From assembly GCF_012275445.1 (NCBI RefSeq), contig NZ_JAAZQK010000015.1, positions 22,143 to 46,142 on the forward strand: 24,000 nucleotides of DNA, given 5' to 3'. How positions within the stretch are numbered: position 1 is the first letter of the stretch; each line of letters begins with the position of its first letter. Of this stretch, positions 9,932-19,946 are shown in pieces. Source of the stretch: Rhizobacter sp. SG703. Its GTDB lineage: Bacteria > Pseudomonadota > Gammaproteobacteria > Burkholderiales > Burkholderiaceae_C. Below the pieces are notes generated by a model. It was not told the origin of the DNA, made no database searches, and saw only the letters and a program-made list of their open reading frames with translations. Made by a program: the position numbers and the translations under genes.

Positions 9932-10818
9932 AGACCCGCCTCTTGCTCATCGTGCTGGCCGCCGTCGGGCTGGCCGGCGCGGCCCAGGCCCAGAACGTCG
10001 CCGCCGACTTCCAGCTCGACCCGATCACCGGGCTGTCCATCGACAGCAGTTCGCCGGCCGGCACCGTCGGGCACTGGATCACGCCGAACCGCTTCTCCGG
10101 GTCGGCGACCGCCATCCACTACTGGGCCGACCAGTCGACCTCCTTCCGCGAGAACTCGTTCTCGTCGGGCGCCCTCGTCGGCAGCGTCGTCGGCACCCAG
10201 CCGTTCGGCAACTACAGCCGGGGCGTGGATCCGGTGGCCGCCGACGCACCGTCGGCCCATGTGGCGGTGGAGCCCGGGCACCTGCATGCCGACGTGTCGC
10301 GCCAGAAGAATTCTGACTGGGCCGAGGCGTCTGTCAATTGGCAACGGGCCTTCACGCTCAACCCGAACAGCTCGATCACGCTGTCCGGACTGCTGACGCT
10401 CGACTCGTCGGTACCACTCGCGCCGACGGTGAACTACAGCACCTCGCCGAACCCGCTGGACACCATCGCGAACTCGGCCTGGCTCACGTTTCGCGACAAC
10501 GCGAGCCTGGGCTGGATCAACGGCATCGGCATCATCGCGAACATCCTGAACCAGGACCCGAGGGACTTCCACGCGCCTTTCCTCGGCCGCGCGCCGGGGC
10601 CGGACGACTTCGCGTACAGCACCGATCCGGACGGACATCTTTCGCTGACGATCTTCAACCGATCCAACCAGTCGATGTTCGGCAGCTTCGAGGTGTCGCT
10701 GCTGGCGTCGGCGATCGAGGTGCCCGGCATCCCCGAACCGAGCACCTGGCTGGCGATGCTGGTCGGCCTGGCCGTGCTGGGGTGGCGCAGCCGGTCGACG
10801 GCCTCAGGCGTGCGGTGA
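9928..10818 (+). CDS. Secreted PEP-CTERM-anchored protein of unknown function (paralog B)
   Basis: ATG at 9928 (in frame in track ORF 8908..10818) overlaps the stop of paralog A as ATGA. GGAGG at 9917-9921. Signal peptide MKTRLLLIVLAAVGLAGAAQA/QN. C-terminus GIPEPSTWLAMLVGLAVLGWRSR. Alignable with paralog A over its full length. Confidence 0.85.
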   Translation: MKTRLLLIVLAAVGLAGAAQAQNVAADFQLDPITGLSIDSSSPAGTVGHWITPNRFSGSATAIHYWADQSTSFRENSFSSGALVGSVVGTQPFGNYSRGVDPVAADAPSAHVAVEPGHLHADVSRQKNSDWAEASVNWQRAFTLNPNSSITLSGLLTLDSSVPLAPTVNYSTSPNPLDTIANSAWLTFRDNASLGWINGIGIIANILNQDPRDFHAPFLGRAPGPDDFAYSTDPDGHLSLTIFNRSNQSMFGSFEVSLLASAIEVPGIPEPSTWLAMLVGLAVLGWRSRSTASGVR

Positions 10819-11652
10819 CGGCGCGAAACGCATCAGCGCATCGATGAACGCCCGCGGCGCTTCGAGCGGCGCGAGCTCGCCGCAATCGGCCAGCACCGCG
10901 GCCGTGAGTTCGCGCACGCCGGCCCGGCGCAGGCCGGGCAGGTAGTCGTCGGGCGAGCGGCCGTCGGCGTCGCCGCGCAGGTAGAGCAGCGGCGTCTCGA
11001 TGGCCTTCGGGCGTGCGTTGTGCTTCGCATCGGCGGCGAGCGCGCGGTACCAGTCGAAACCGGCCTTCAACGCTTCGGGGCGCGCATAGGCCGCGGCGAA
11101 GCGCTCGCGGTACGCGTCGGTCACCGCGCTGGCGTGGCCGGCCAGCAGGTCGGAGAAGTAATCGAAGTAGGGCCGCTGCCGTCCCTGCACCATCGTTTCG
11201 GGCAGCTCGGGAATCGCGTGGAAGGCGAAGTGCCAGATGCGCGGATCGGCCAGCAGCTTTTCCCACGGGTCGAGCCCGGGGACGACGGTGTTCGTGACGA
11301 CCGCGCCGCGGATGCGCCGGCCGTGGTCGCGCGCCGCGGCGAACGCGATCATGCCGCCGACGTCGATGCCGGCGACGACGATGTCGCGCGCACCCGCGCG
11401 CTCGGCGGCGGCGAGCAGCACGTCGGCGAGCACCGTCTTCTCGGCCGAGCCCGGCGCACCGCGCGACTCGCCGATCGCGGGCAGGTCGGGCGCGAGCACG
11501 AAGAAGCGCTCGGCCAGCGCATCGATCACCGGCTCGTACAACGCGTGCGAGTGGGGCCAGCCGTGCAGCAGCAACAGCGCCGGACGGCTCGCGATGCCGG
11601 CCAGTCGCATTGCGATCTCGACGCCGTGGTCCGCGAGTTCGATCTTTTCCAT
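10804..11652 (-). CDS. Alpha/beta-fold hydrolase (epoxide hydrolase / haloacetate dehalogenase-like, Asp nucleophile type)
   Basis: Start MEKIELADHG at 11652, with GGAGGAG 5-6 nt upstream. The longer track ORF to 12195 is read-through inside the regulator gene. Oxyanion-hole motif HGWPHS and nucleophile elbow VAGIDVGGM are present. 282 aa. Confidence 0.85.
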   Translation of the reverse strand: MEKIELADHGVEIAMRLAGIASRPALLLLHGWPHSHALYEPVIDALAERFFVLAPDLPAIGESRGAPGSAEKTVLADVLLAAAERAGARDIVVAGIDVGGMIAFAAARDHGRRIRGAVVTNTVVPGLDPWEKLLADPRIWHFAFHAIPELPETMVQGRQRPYFDYFSDLLAGHASAVTDAYRERFAAAYARPEALKAGFDWYRALAADAKHNARPKAIETPLLYLRGDADGRSPDDYLPGLRRAGVRELTAAVLADCGELAPLEAPRAFIDALMRFAPSPHA

Positions 11653-11667
11653 CGTCTCCTCCGGAGC

Positions 11668-11686
11668 TTGCCCCGGCTCGGGGCAA
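11668..11686 (-). terminator. Perfect GC-rich hairpin between the regulator and hydrolase genes (possible attenuator or weak terminator)
   Basis: TTGCCCCG-gct-CGGGGCAA, with 8-bp perfect arms. It sits in the 49-nt gap, immediately 5' of the hydrolase Shine-Dalgarno on the minus strand. No U-tract follows. Confidence 0.3.
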
Positions 11687-11701
11687 TCCGCATGCCCGGT
11701 C

Positions 11702-13588
11702 TCAGGGCTGGCGCGGTGGTGAACGCTGCGCCAGGTGCCGGTACACCGTGCTGCGGTGGACGCCCAGGCGCCTGGCCGCCGCCGCGACGCTGCCGCCGCA
11801 GGCCGACAGCGTCTGGTCGATGGTGTTCTCGACGACGTCCGACAGTGCGGGTTCCACCTCGATCTGGACGACGCGGTGCGGGAGTTCCTGCGTCGATGCG
11901 GCCGCCGACAGGAAGCGCTCCGGCAGCTGGGCCACGCCGATGGTGTCGCCGTCATCGGCCAGTGCGACCACGCCGCGCAGCACGCTGTTGAGCTCCCGGA
12001 TGTTGCCGGCCCATGCCTGCGCATCCAGCAGGTCCAGGGCCTCGCGGTCCAGCGCCAGGTGCCTGGTCCGCGCCAGGGCGTCGAAGAGGCGCTCGATGAG
12101 TGCGCGGCGATCGTGTCGATCGCGCAATGCCGGCACTGCGACGCGGTAGCCGTCGACGCGGTAGAGCAGGTCGGCCCGGAAGCTGCCCGCCGCACTCATC
12201 TGCTGCAGGTCGCGGTGGGTCGCGCAGACCAGGTCGAAATCGACGCGCTGGCCCGGGCCGCCGCCGAGCGGCATCACGATGCGCTCTTCGAGGACCCGCA
12301 GCAGCCGGGTCTGCAGCAGCAGCGGCATGTCGCCGATCTCGTCGAGGAACAGCACGCCGCCCGATGCCTCGCGGATGCGCCCCGGCATGCCGCGGCGGCG
12401 CGCGCCGGTGAAGGCGCCGGCTTCGTAGCCGAACAGTTCGGCCTCGATCAGGCTCTCCGGAAGCGCCGCGCAGTTGACCGCGACGAACGGCCCCTTGCTG
12501 CGCCGCGAGGCCTGGTGGAGCGCGCGCGCAAACACCTCCTTGCCGCTGCCGGTCTCGCCGGTGACGAGCACCGGCAGGCCGTCGTCGAGCACCTTGCAGG
12601 CGCGCGCCAGCAGCGGTGCGGTGTCGTCCGCCACGCGCGGCCGCTCGGCGCCCGACGCGGCCGGCGGGCGACCCGGTGCGTACCGGATGCCCGCGCGGGC
12701 GCTGCGCTCCACCGTGGCCGCCATCTGCCGCCCACCGGGCAGCGTCAGCAGGCCCGCGCGGCCTTCGAGCTGCGGCCAGCGCCGGCCGATCAGCGCGTCG
12801 ACCGAGCGGTCGATCAGCCCATCCCATGCGGCACCGAGCAGCCCGAGCGCGACGCGGTTGGCCGCGACGATCCGGCCGTCGTCGATGACGACCAGCCCCT
12901 CGCGCGCCGTACCGAGCAGGCCGGGCCGGGGATGGAAGCGCAGCAGGTGGCCGCGCGCCTGTGCCAGCATCAGCCGGTGCTCGACCTGCTGCGTCGCCAT
13001 GCGGACCAGGCCGAGGGCGTGGTCGTTGACCTGCGCGGCATCGCCGGAAATGTCGATGACGCCGGCGATCTCGCCGCGGCCGGTGAAGATCGGCGAGGCC
13101 GCGCAACCGATCGCGCCGTTCTGCGGCAGGAAGTGCTCGCCGCCCAGCACCATCAGCGACTGGCGCTCCAGCAGCGCGGTGCCGATGGCGTTGGTGCCGC
13201 GGCTCGTCTCCGACCAGTCGACGCCGGGCGCGAGCGCGATGCGCTGGGCCTTCGGCAGGAACTCGGGGCTGCCGATCTCTTCGAGGATCAGCCCCGCGGC
13301 GTCGGTCAGGATCACGATGCAGCCGGTGCCAAGCGCCTGCTCGGCCAGCCCGTCGAGCTCGGGCTGGGCGCAGGCCAGCACCTGCATCGCCTGCTCGCGG
13401 CGCTCGCGCAGTTGCGGCAGCACCAGCGGTTGCGGCTCGGCACCGGCGGGGCCGACGTCCTGGCAGCGCCGCCACGAGCGCGAGATGTGCGGCGCCAGGC
13501 CTTCGTCGCCCGACAGCGCCTGTCCCTGCATGAAGAACCGGTCGCGGGCGTGCTCGACCCGCAACGCAAGCGCCTGCGCTTCTTTCAT
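11702..13588 (-). CDS. Sigma-54-dependent transcriptional activator, AcoR/EatR-like (GAF sensor + AAA+ + Fis-type HTH)
   Basis: Start MKEAQALAL at 13588, with GGAGA 7 nt upstream. Upstream in-frame ATGs would run through the palindrome array. N-terminal HISRSWRRC as in the AcoR family, Walker A GETGSGKE, sigma-54 contact motif GAFTGA, and C-terminal [19 protein letters not shown]. Confidence 0.9.
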   Translation of the reverse strand: MKEAQALALRVEHARDRFFMQGQALSGDEGLAPHISRSWRRCQDVGPAGAEPQPLVLPQLRERREQAMQVLACAQPELDGLAEQALGTGCIVILTDAAGLILEEIGSPEFLPKAQRIALAPGVDWSETSRGTNAIGTALLERQSLMVLGGEHFLPQNGAIGCAASPIFTGRGEIAGVIDISGDAAQVNDHALGLVRMATQQVEHRLMLAQARGHLLRFHPRPGLLGTAREGLVVIDDGRIVAANRVALGLLGAAWDGLIDRSVDALIGRRWPQLEGRAGLLTLPGGRQMAATVERSARAGIRYAPGRPPAASGAERPRVADDTAPLLARACKVLDDGLPVLVTGETGSGKEVFARALHQASRRSKGPFVAVNCAALPESLIEAELFGYEAGAFTGARRRGMPGRIREASGGVLFLDEIGDMPLLLQTRLLRVLEERIVMPLGGGPGQRVDFDLVCATHRDLQQMSAAGSFRADLLYRVDGYRVAVPALRDRHDRRALIERLFDALARTRHLALDREALDLLDAQAWAGNIRELNSVLRGVVALADDGDTIGVAQLPERFLSAAASTQELPHRVVQIEVEPALSDVVENTIDQTLSACGGSVAAAARRLGVHRSTVYRHLAQRSPPRQP

Positions 13589-13612
13589 GCCTGTCTCCGT
13601 GTAGGGTGGGCG

Positions 13613-13641
13613 TGTCGCAGCACGCGACATGTCGCGCGACA
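13613..13641. promoter_or_regulatory. Array of TGTCGC/GCGACA half-sites; probable upstream activating sequence for the AcoR-like activator
   Basis: TGTCGC(13613-18)-N5-GCGACA(13624-29) is immediately followed by TGTCGC(13630-35)GCGACA(13636-41). A further TGTCGC lies at 13656-61. The first unit has TGT-N11-ACA geometry. The array sits about 135-160 bp upstream of the -24/-12 element. Confidence 0.55.
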
Positions 13642-13773
13642 TCGTCGCACGGATGTGTCGCAGATCGCGAAACCCGACCTGCGCGTCCGGTTGTGGACGC
13701 GGCGGCGGCGACTGCGCCACCGCGGCTGCCACCCCCGGTGCGGCGGCGGGTTCGGGTAAGCACCGAGCCGATC

Positions 13774-13789
13774 GGGTACGTGCGTTGCA
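13774..13789 (+). promoter_or_regulatory. Putative sigma-54 (-24/-12) promoter of the aldehyde dehydrogenase operon
   Basis: GGGTACGTGCGTTGCA compared with consensus TGGCACG-N4-TTGCA. GG at 13775-76 and GC at 13787-88 have the exact spacing. About 60 nt upstream of the ATG at 13849, next to a divergent sigma-54 activator gene. Confidence 0.6.
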
Positions 13790-13848
13790 AGCCATGCGCT
13801 GCGGCACTGCAGTGGGCGGTGCCGACCCCCCAAGATCGGAGACGCAAG

Positions 13849-15369
<1,521 letters not shown>

Positions 15370-15383
15370 GCGGGAAGCCCGAG

Positions 15384-15758
15384 ATGGACACCGGGATGCA
15401 GCACGAGGTCTTGCGCGTGACCGCCACCGAGGCGGCGCTCGCGCTGATCGAGCGGCTGCGGGTCAAGCACGGCCCGCTGATGTTCCACCAGTCGGGCGGT
15501 TGCTGCGATGGCAGCGCGCCGATGTGCTACCCGCAAGGGGAGTTCATCGTCGGTGACTACGACCGCCTGCTGGGGCACATCGGCGGCATGCCCTTCTACA
15601 TCAGCGGGCCGCAGTTCGAGTACTGGCAGCACACGCAGCTGATCATCGACGTGGTGCCCGGGCGCGGCGGCATGTTCTCGGTCGAGGGGCCGGAGGGCGT
15701 GCGCTTCCTGACCCGCTCGCGCCTCTTCACCGACGAGGAGTGGGCGCGACTGCGCTGA
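15384..15758 (+). CDS. DUF779-family protein (conserved partner of acetaldehyde dehydrogenases, function unknown)
   Basis: Starts 14 nt after the ALDH stop. FHQSGGCCDGSAPMCYP Cys cluster and FYISGPQFEYW are typical of DUF779 as I recall it. An alternative start exists at the second Met (15396). Confidence 0.8.
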   Translation: MDTGMQHEVLRVTATEAALALIERLRVKHGPLMFHQSGGCCDGSAPMCYPQGEFIVGDYDRLLGHIGGMPFYISGPQFEYWQHTQLIIDVVPGRGGMFSVEGPEGVRFLTRSRLFTDEEWARLR

Positions 15759-16866
15759 GGAGCTCGACCAGGCCGGCGGGGGCGCGCTCGCCGAGGCACA
15801 GGTCGAGCGTGATGCGCGCCTCGGCGGCCGCCGAGGCGCTGCGCGGGAACAGCGCGGCTTCGTACGCGGCGAGGGCGGCCTCGATGCGGCCGGGGTGCGC
15901 GGCGATCGCCAGGCCGAGCTCGGCGCCGTCGAACATCGCCAGGTTCGCGCCGTCGCCGGACGGCGCCATCAGGTGCCCGGCGTCGCCGAGCAGCGTCACG
16001 CCGGGCACGCGCGGCCAGCGGTGCCCGTCCGGCAGCGCGTGGATCCGGCGCGGCACCGGCGCGGTCTCGCCGCCGGTGATCAACGCGGTGAGTTCGGGCG
16101 CCCAGCCATCGAACTCGGCCGCGATGCGGGCGGTCGCGGTGGCGGCGTCGCCGAAGTCGATGCCGGCGATCCAATCGGCGCTGCACTGCAGCGCGGCGTA
16201 GGTGTGCAGCACGCCGCCCGCCTCGCGGTGCGCGATGATCCCCCGGCCCGGAACGAGCGCATACATCGCGCCGCCACCGACCGCGCGGGCGGCGGCGGGG
16301 TGCCGGGTGTCGGCGTCCTGCAGCCAGGTCTCGACGAAGGTCACGCCGACGTACTCGGGCCGGGCGTCCGACAGCAGCGGGCGCACCTTCGACCAGGCGC
16401 CGTCGGCGCCGACCAGCAGGTCGGTGACCACGGTCGCGCCGTCGTCGAAGCGCAGCTGGTGCCGGCCATCGCCGAGCGGCGAGACGGCGGCGAGTTTCCT
16501 GCCCCACCGGACCGTGCCGGCGGGCAACGAGTCGAGCAGGATGCGGCGCAGGTCGCCGCGCAGCACCTCGGGGCGCTGGCCGCTGCCGTCGTCGGGGGCG
16601 TCGAGCAGCACCGCGCCCTGCGGGTCGAGCACGCGCGCTGCCTCGCCGCCCGGGTGGATGATCGCGCGGAACTCGGCCATCAGGCCGGCCGCTTCGAGCG
16701 CGCGCTGGCCGTCGTGCGCGTGGATGTCGAGCTGGCCGCCCTGCGTGCGCGCCTCGGCCGAGGGCTCTGCTTCGCAGACCGTGGCATGGATGCCGTGGAC
16801 GTGCAGCACGCGTGCGAGGGTGAGGCCGCCGAGGCCGGCACCGATGATCGTGACGGAGGTCGTCAT
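15727..16866 (-). CDS. Group-A FAD-dependent monooxygenase, Tet(X)/tetracycline-destructase-like subfamily (379 aa)
   Basis: GxGxxG VTIIGAGLGGLT. GGQLDIH, RPEVLRGDLRRILLDSL, VGADGAWSKVR and LLGDAGHLMAPSGDGANLAMFDG follow the same order and pattern as in Tet(X)-type enzymes. Divergent from a TetR gene. Confidence 0.8.
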   Translation of the reverse strand: MTTSVTIIGAGLGGLTLARVLHVHGIHATVCEAEPSAEARTQGGQLDIHAHDGQRALEAAGLMAEFRAIIHPGGEAARVLDPQGAVLLDAPDDGSGQRPEVLRGDLRRILLDSLPAGTVRWGRKLAAVSPLGDGRHQLRFDDGATVVTDLLVGADGAWSKVRPLLSDARPEYVGVTFVETWLQDADTRHPAAARAVGGGAMYALVPGRGIIAHREAGGVLHTYAALQCSADWIAGIDFGDAATATARIAAEFDGWAPELTALITGGETAPVPRRIHALPDGHRWPRVPGVTLLGDAGHLMAPSGDGANLAMFDGAELGLAIAAHPGRIEAALAAYEAALFPRSASAAAEARITLDLCLGERAPAGLVELLSAVAPTPRR

Positions 16867-16889
16867 CGCTTTTTCCTTTGAGAATCAAT

Positions 16890-16931
16890 TGGAACGTCGT
16901 TCCATTCGCGCATGTTGGAACATTGTTCCAA
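16890..16931. promoter_or_regulatory. Two tandem palindromic operators (TGGAAC-N3-GTTCCA) in the monooxygenase/TetR divergent promoter region
   Basis: O1 is TGGAAC-gtc-GTTCCA at 16890-16904. O2 is TTGGAAC-att-GTTCCAA at 16915-16931. Both are perfect, with centres 26 bp apart, and fill most of the 75-bp intergenic space. Confidence 0.7.
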
Positions 16932-16941
16932 TCATGTCAAG

Positions 16942-17622
16942 ATGGCGCCCATGGCCACCAGGACACCCCGTGCCGAACGGCGCACCGATGCACTGTCGAA
17001 GGAGCGGATCGTCGACGCCGCGATCGAGATCCTCGACCGCGACGGCGAGAACGCGCTGACCTTCCGCGCGCTCGCGGCGCGACTGGCCACCGGCAGTGGC
17101 GCGATCTACTGGCATGTCGCGAACAAGGGCGAACTGCTCGCGGCGATCACCGGCGACGTGATCGCCCGTGCGCTGGCCGGCGTGGTCGACCACGCCGACC
17201 CTCGGCAGGCGATCCGCGCGCTGGCCGTCGGGCTGTTCGATGCGATCGACGCGCATCCGTGGGTCGGCACCCAGCTTTCGCGCGAGCCGTGGCAGTCCGC
17301 GATGGTGCAGATCTGCGAAGGCGTCGGCGGCCAGCTGCAGGCGCTCGGCGTGCCCGAGCGGGCGCAGTTCGACGCCGGCGCGGTGCTGGTGAACTACATC
17401 CTCGGTGTCGCCGGCCAGAACGCCGCGAACGCCCGCGCGCACACGCCCGGCACCGACCGGGCGGCGTTCCTCGGCAGCGTCGCCGAGCGCTGGGCCGCGC
17501 TGGATCCGGCCGAGTACCCGTTCATGCACCGGGTGGCCGCTCAGCTGCCCGGGCACGACGACCGCGAGCAGTTCCTCGTCGGCATCGACCTGATCCTCGC
17601 CGGCATCGCCACGCTGCGGTGA
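16942..17622 (+). CDS. TetR-family transcriptional repressor (TetR_C_1-like C-terminal domain)
   Basis: HTH ALTFRALAARLATGSGAIYWHVANKGELL. The C-terminal ...EQFLVGIDLILAGI resembles the end of true Tet repressors. I prefer the start at 16942 (or 16951), because the track start at 16912 lies inside operator O2. Confidence 0.85.
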   Translation: MAPMATRTPRAERRTDALSKERIVDAAIEILDRDGENALTFRALAARLATGSGAIYWHVANKGELLAAITGDVIARALAGVVDHADPRQAIRALAVGLFDAIDAHPWVGTQLSREPWQSAMVQICEGVGGQLQALGVPERAQFDAGAVLVNYILGVAGQNAANARAHTPGTDRAAFLGSVAERWAALDPAEYPFMHRVAAQLPGHDDREQFLVGIDLILAGIATLR

Positions 17623-17623
17623 G

Positions 17624-17642
17624 CGGGCGAGGCACCCGCCCG
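17624..17642. terminator. Short GC hairpin between convergent TetR and aminotransferase genes (possible bidirectional terminator)
   Basis: CGGGCG (17624-29)-N7-CGCCCG (17637-42) occupies the 24-nt gap between the two stop codons. No U/A tracts. Confidence 0.25.
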
Positions 17643-17646
17643 GGGC

Positions 17647-18878
<1,232 letters not shown>

Positions 18879-18882
<4 letters not shown>

Positions 18883-19850
18883 GCGGCTTGCTCCAGAAGG
18901 TCATCGGCGTCGATCGTCGGCGTCTCGTCCAGCCCCAGCATCAGCGACAGGTTCTGCACCGCGGCGCCCGAAGCGCCCTTGCCGAGGTTGTCGAACACGG
19001 CGGTGAGCAGCAGCTGGCCTTCGGCATCGTTGCCGAACACCGCCAGCTGCAGGTCGTTGCTGCCGTTGAGCGCTTGCGGGTCCAGACCGGTCATCGCCTG
19101 CGTGCGCTCGGCGTCCAGCACCTGCACATGGCGGTGATCGCGGTAGCGCTGCGCCAGCAGCTCGCGCACCGCCTGCGCCGTGAGCGGCCGCTGCAGCATC
19201 GACGCGTGCAGCGGGATGGTCAGCGCGATGCCCTGCCGGAACGCGCCGTACGACGGCACGAAGAACGGCCGGCCGTGCAAGCCCGCATGCTGCCGGATCT
19301 CCGGCAGGTGCTTGTGCTGCAACGCCAGGCCGTAGGTCTGGAACGGCAGCGCGGCGGCGGCGCCCGGGCCTTCGTGGGCGTCGATGCCCGCGCGCCCGCG
19401 CCCCGAGTAGCCGGAGACGGCGTGGATGCTCAGCGGCGCGTCGGCGCGCAGCACGCCGGCCTCGACCAGCGGGCGCAGCAGCGCTACGGCACCGGTCGGG
19501 TAGCAGCCCGGGTTGCTGACGAACCGCGCGTCGGCGATGCGGCCGGCCTGTGGCGGCGACATCTCGGGAAAGCCGTAGGCCCAGGCCGCGTCGGTGCGGT
19601 GCGCCGACGACGCATCGATCACCCGCACGCGTGGGTTGCGGATGCTGGCCACCGCCTGGCGCGCCGCGTCGTCGGGCAGGCACAGCACGGCGACGTCGCA
19701 GTCGTTGATGGCGGCTGCGCGTGCGGCGGGGTCCTTGCGCAGCGCGTGCGGCAGCGTGACGAGCGCGATGTCGCGTCGCCCGGACAGCCGCGCCAGGATC
19801 TGCAGGCCGGTGGTGCCTTGGTCGCCGTCGATGAAAACGCTCGCGCGCAT
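18879..19850 (-). CDS. argC: N-acetyl-gamma-glutamyl-phosphate reductase, short (type 2) form
   Basis: Start [18 protein letters not shown] at 19850, which is Met11 of the track ORF. Catalytic Cys motif [10 protein letters not shown]-terminal [14 protein letters not shown]. Confidence 0.8.
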
Positions 19851-19926
19851 GGGGTGCTCCTGGAGTGAGGAGCGGAGCATGCGGCGGAGCTAAAGATTGG
19901 TAAAGTTGAATGTCATGAAGCAGAAG

Positions 19927-19941
19927 TTCAGAAAACCTGAA
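19927..19941. promoter_or_regulatory. Perfect LysR-type T-N11-A palindrome (TTCAG-N5-CTGAA)
   Basis: TTCAGAAAACCTGAA lies in the only AT-rich patch of the window. It ends 6 nt before the lysR ATG, in the divergent argC/lysR intergenic region. Confidence 0.55.
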
Positions 19942-19946
19942 GGACC

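Noticed and set aside
16912-16941. ATG at 16912 as the start of the TetR gene, the start given in the track.
   Set aside because: It lies inside the perfect palindrome O2 and adds a non-conserved MLEHCSNHVK peptide. The downstream ATGs at 16942 and 16951 leave the operator intact and give a normal distance to the HTH.
19851-19946. Possible sigma-70 -35/-10 pairs for argC or lysR in the AT-rich intergenic patch, for example TTGAAT-N17-CAGAAA on the plus strand and ATGACA-N17-TTAGCT on the minus strand.
   Set aside because: The -10 hexamers match the consensus at only 2-3 of 6 positions. That is too weak to call without TSS data.
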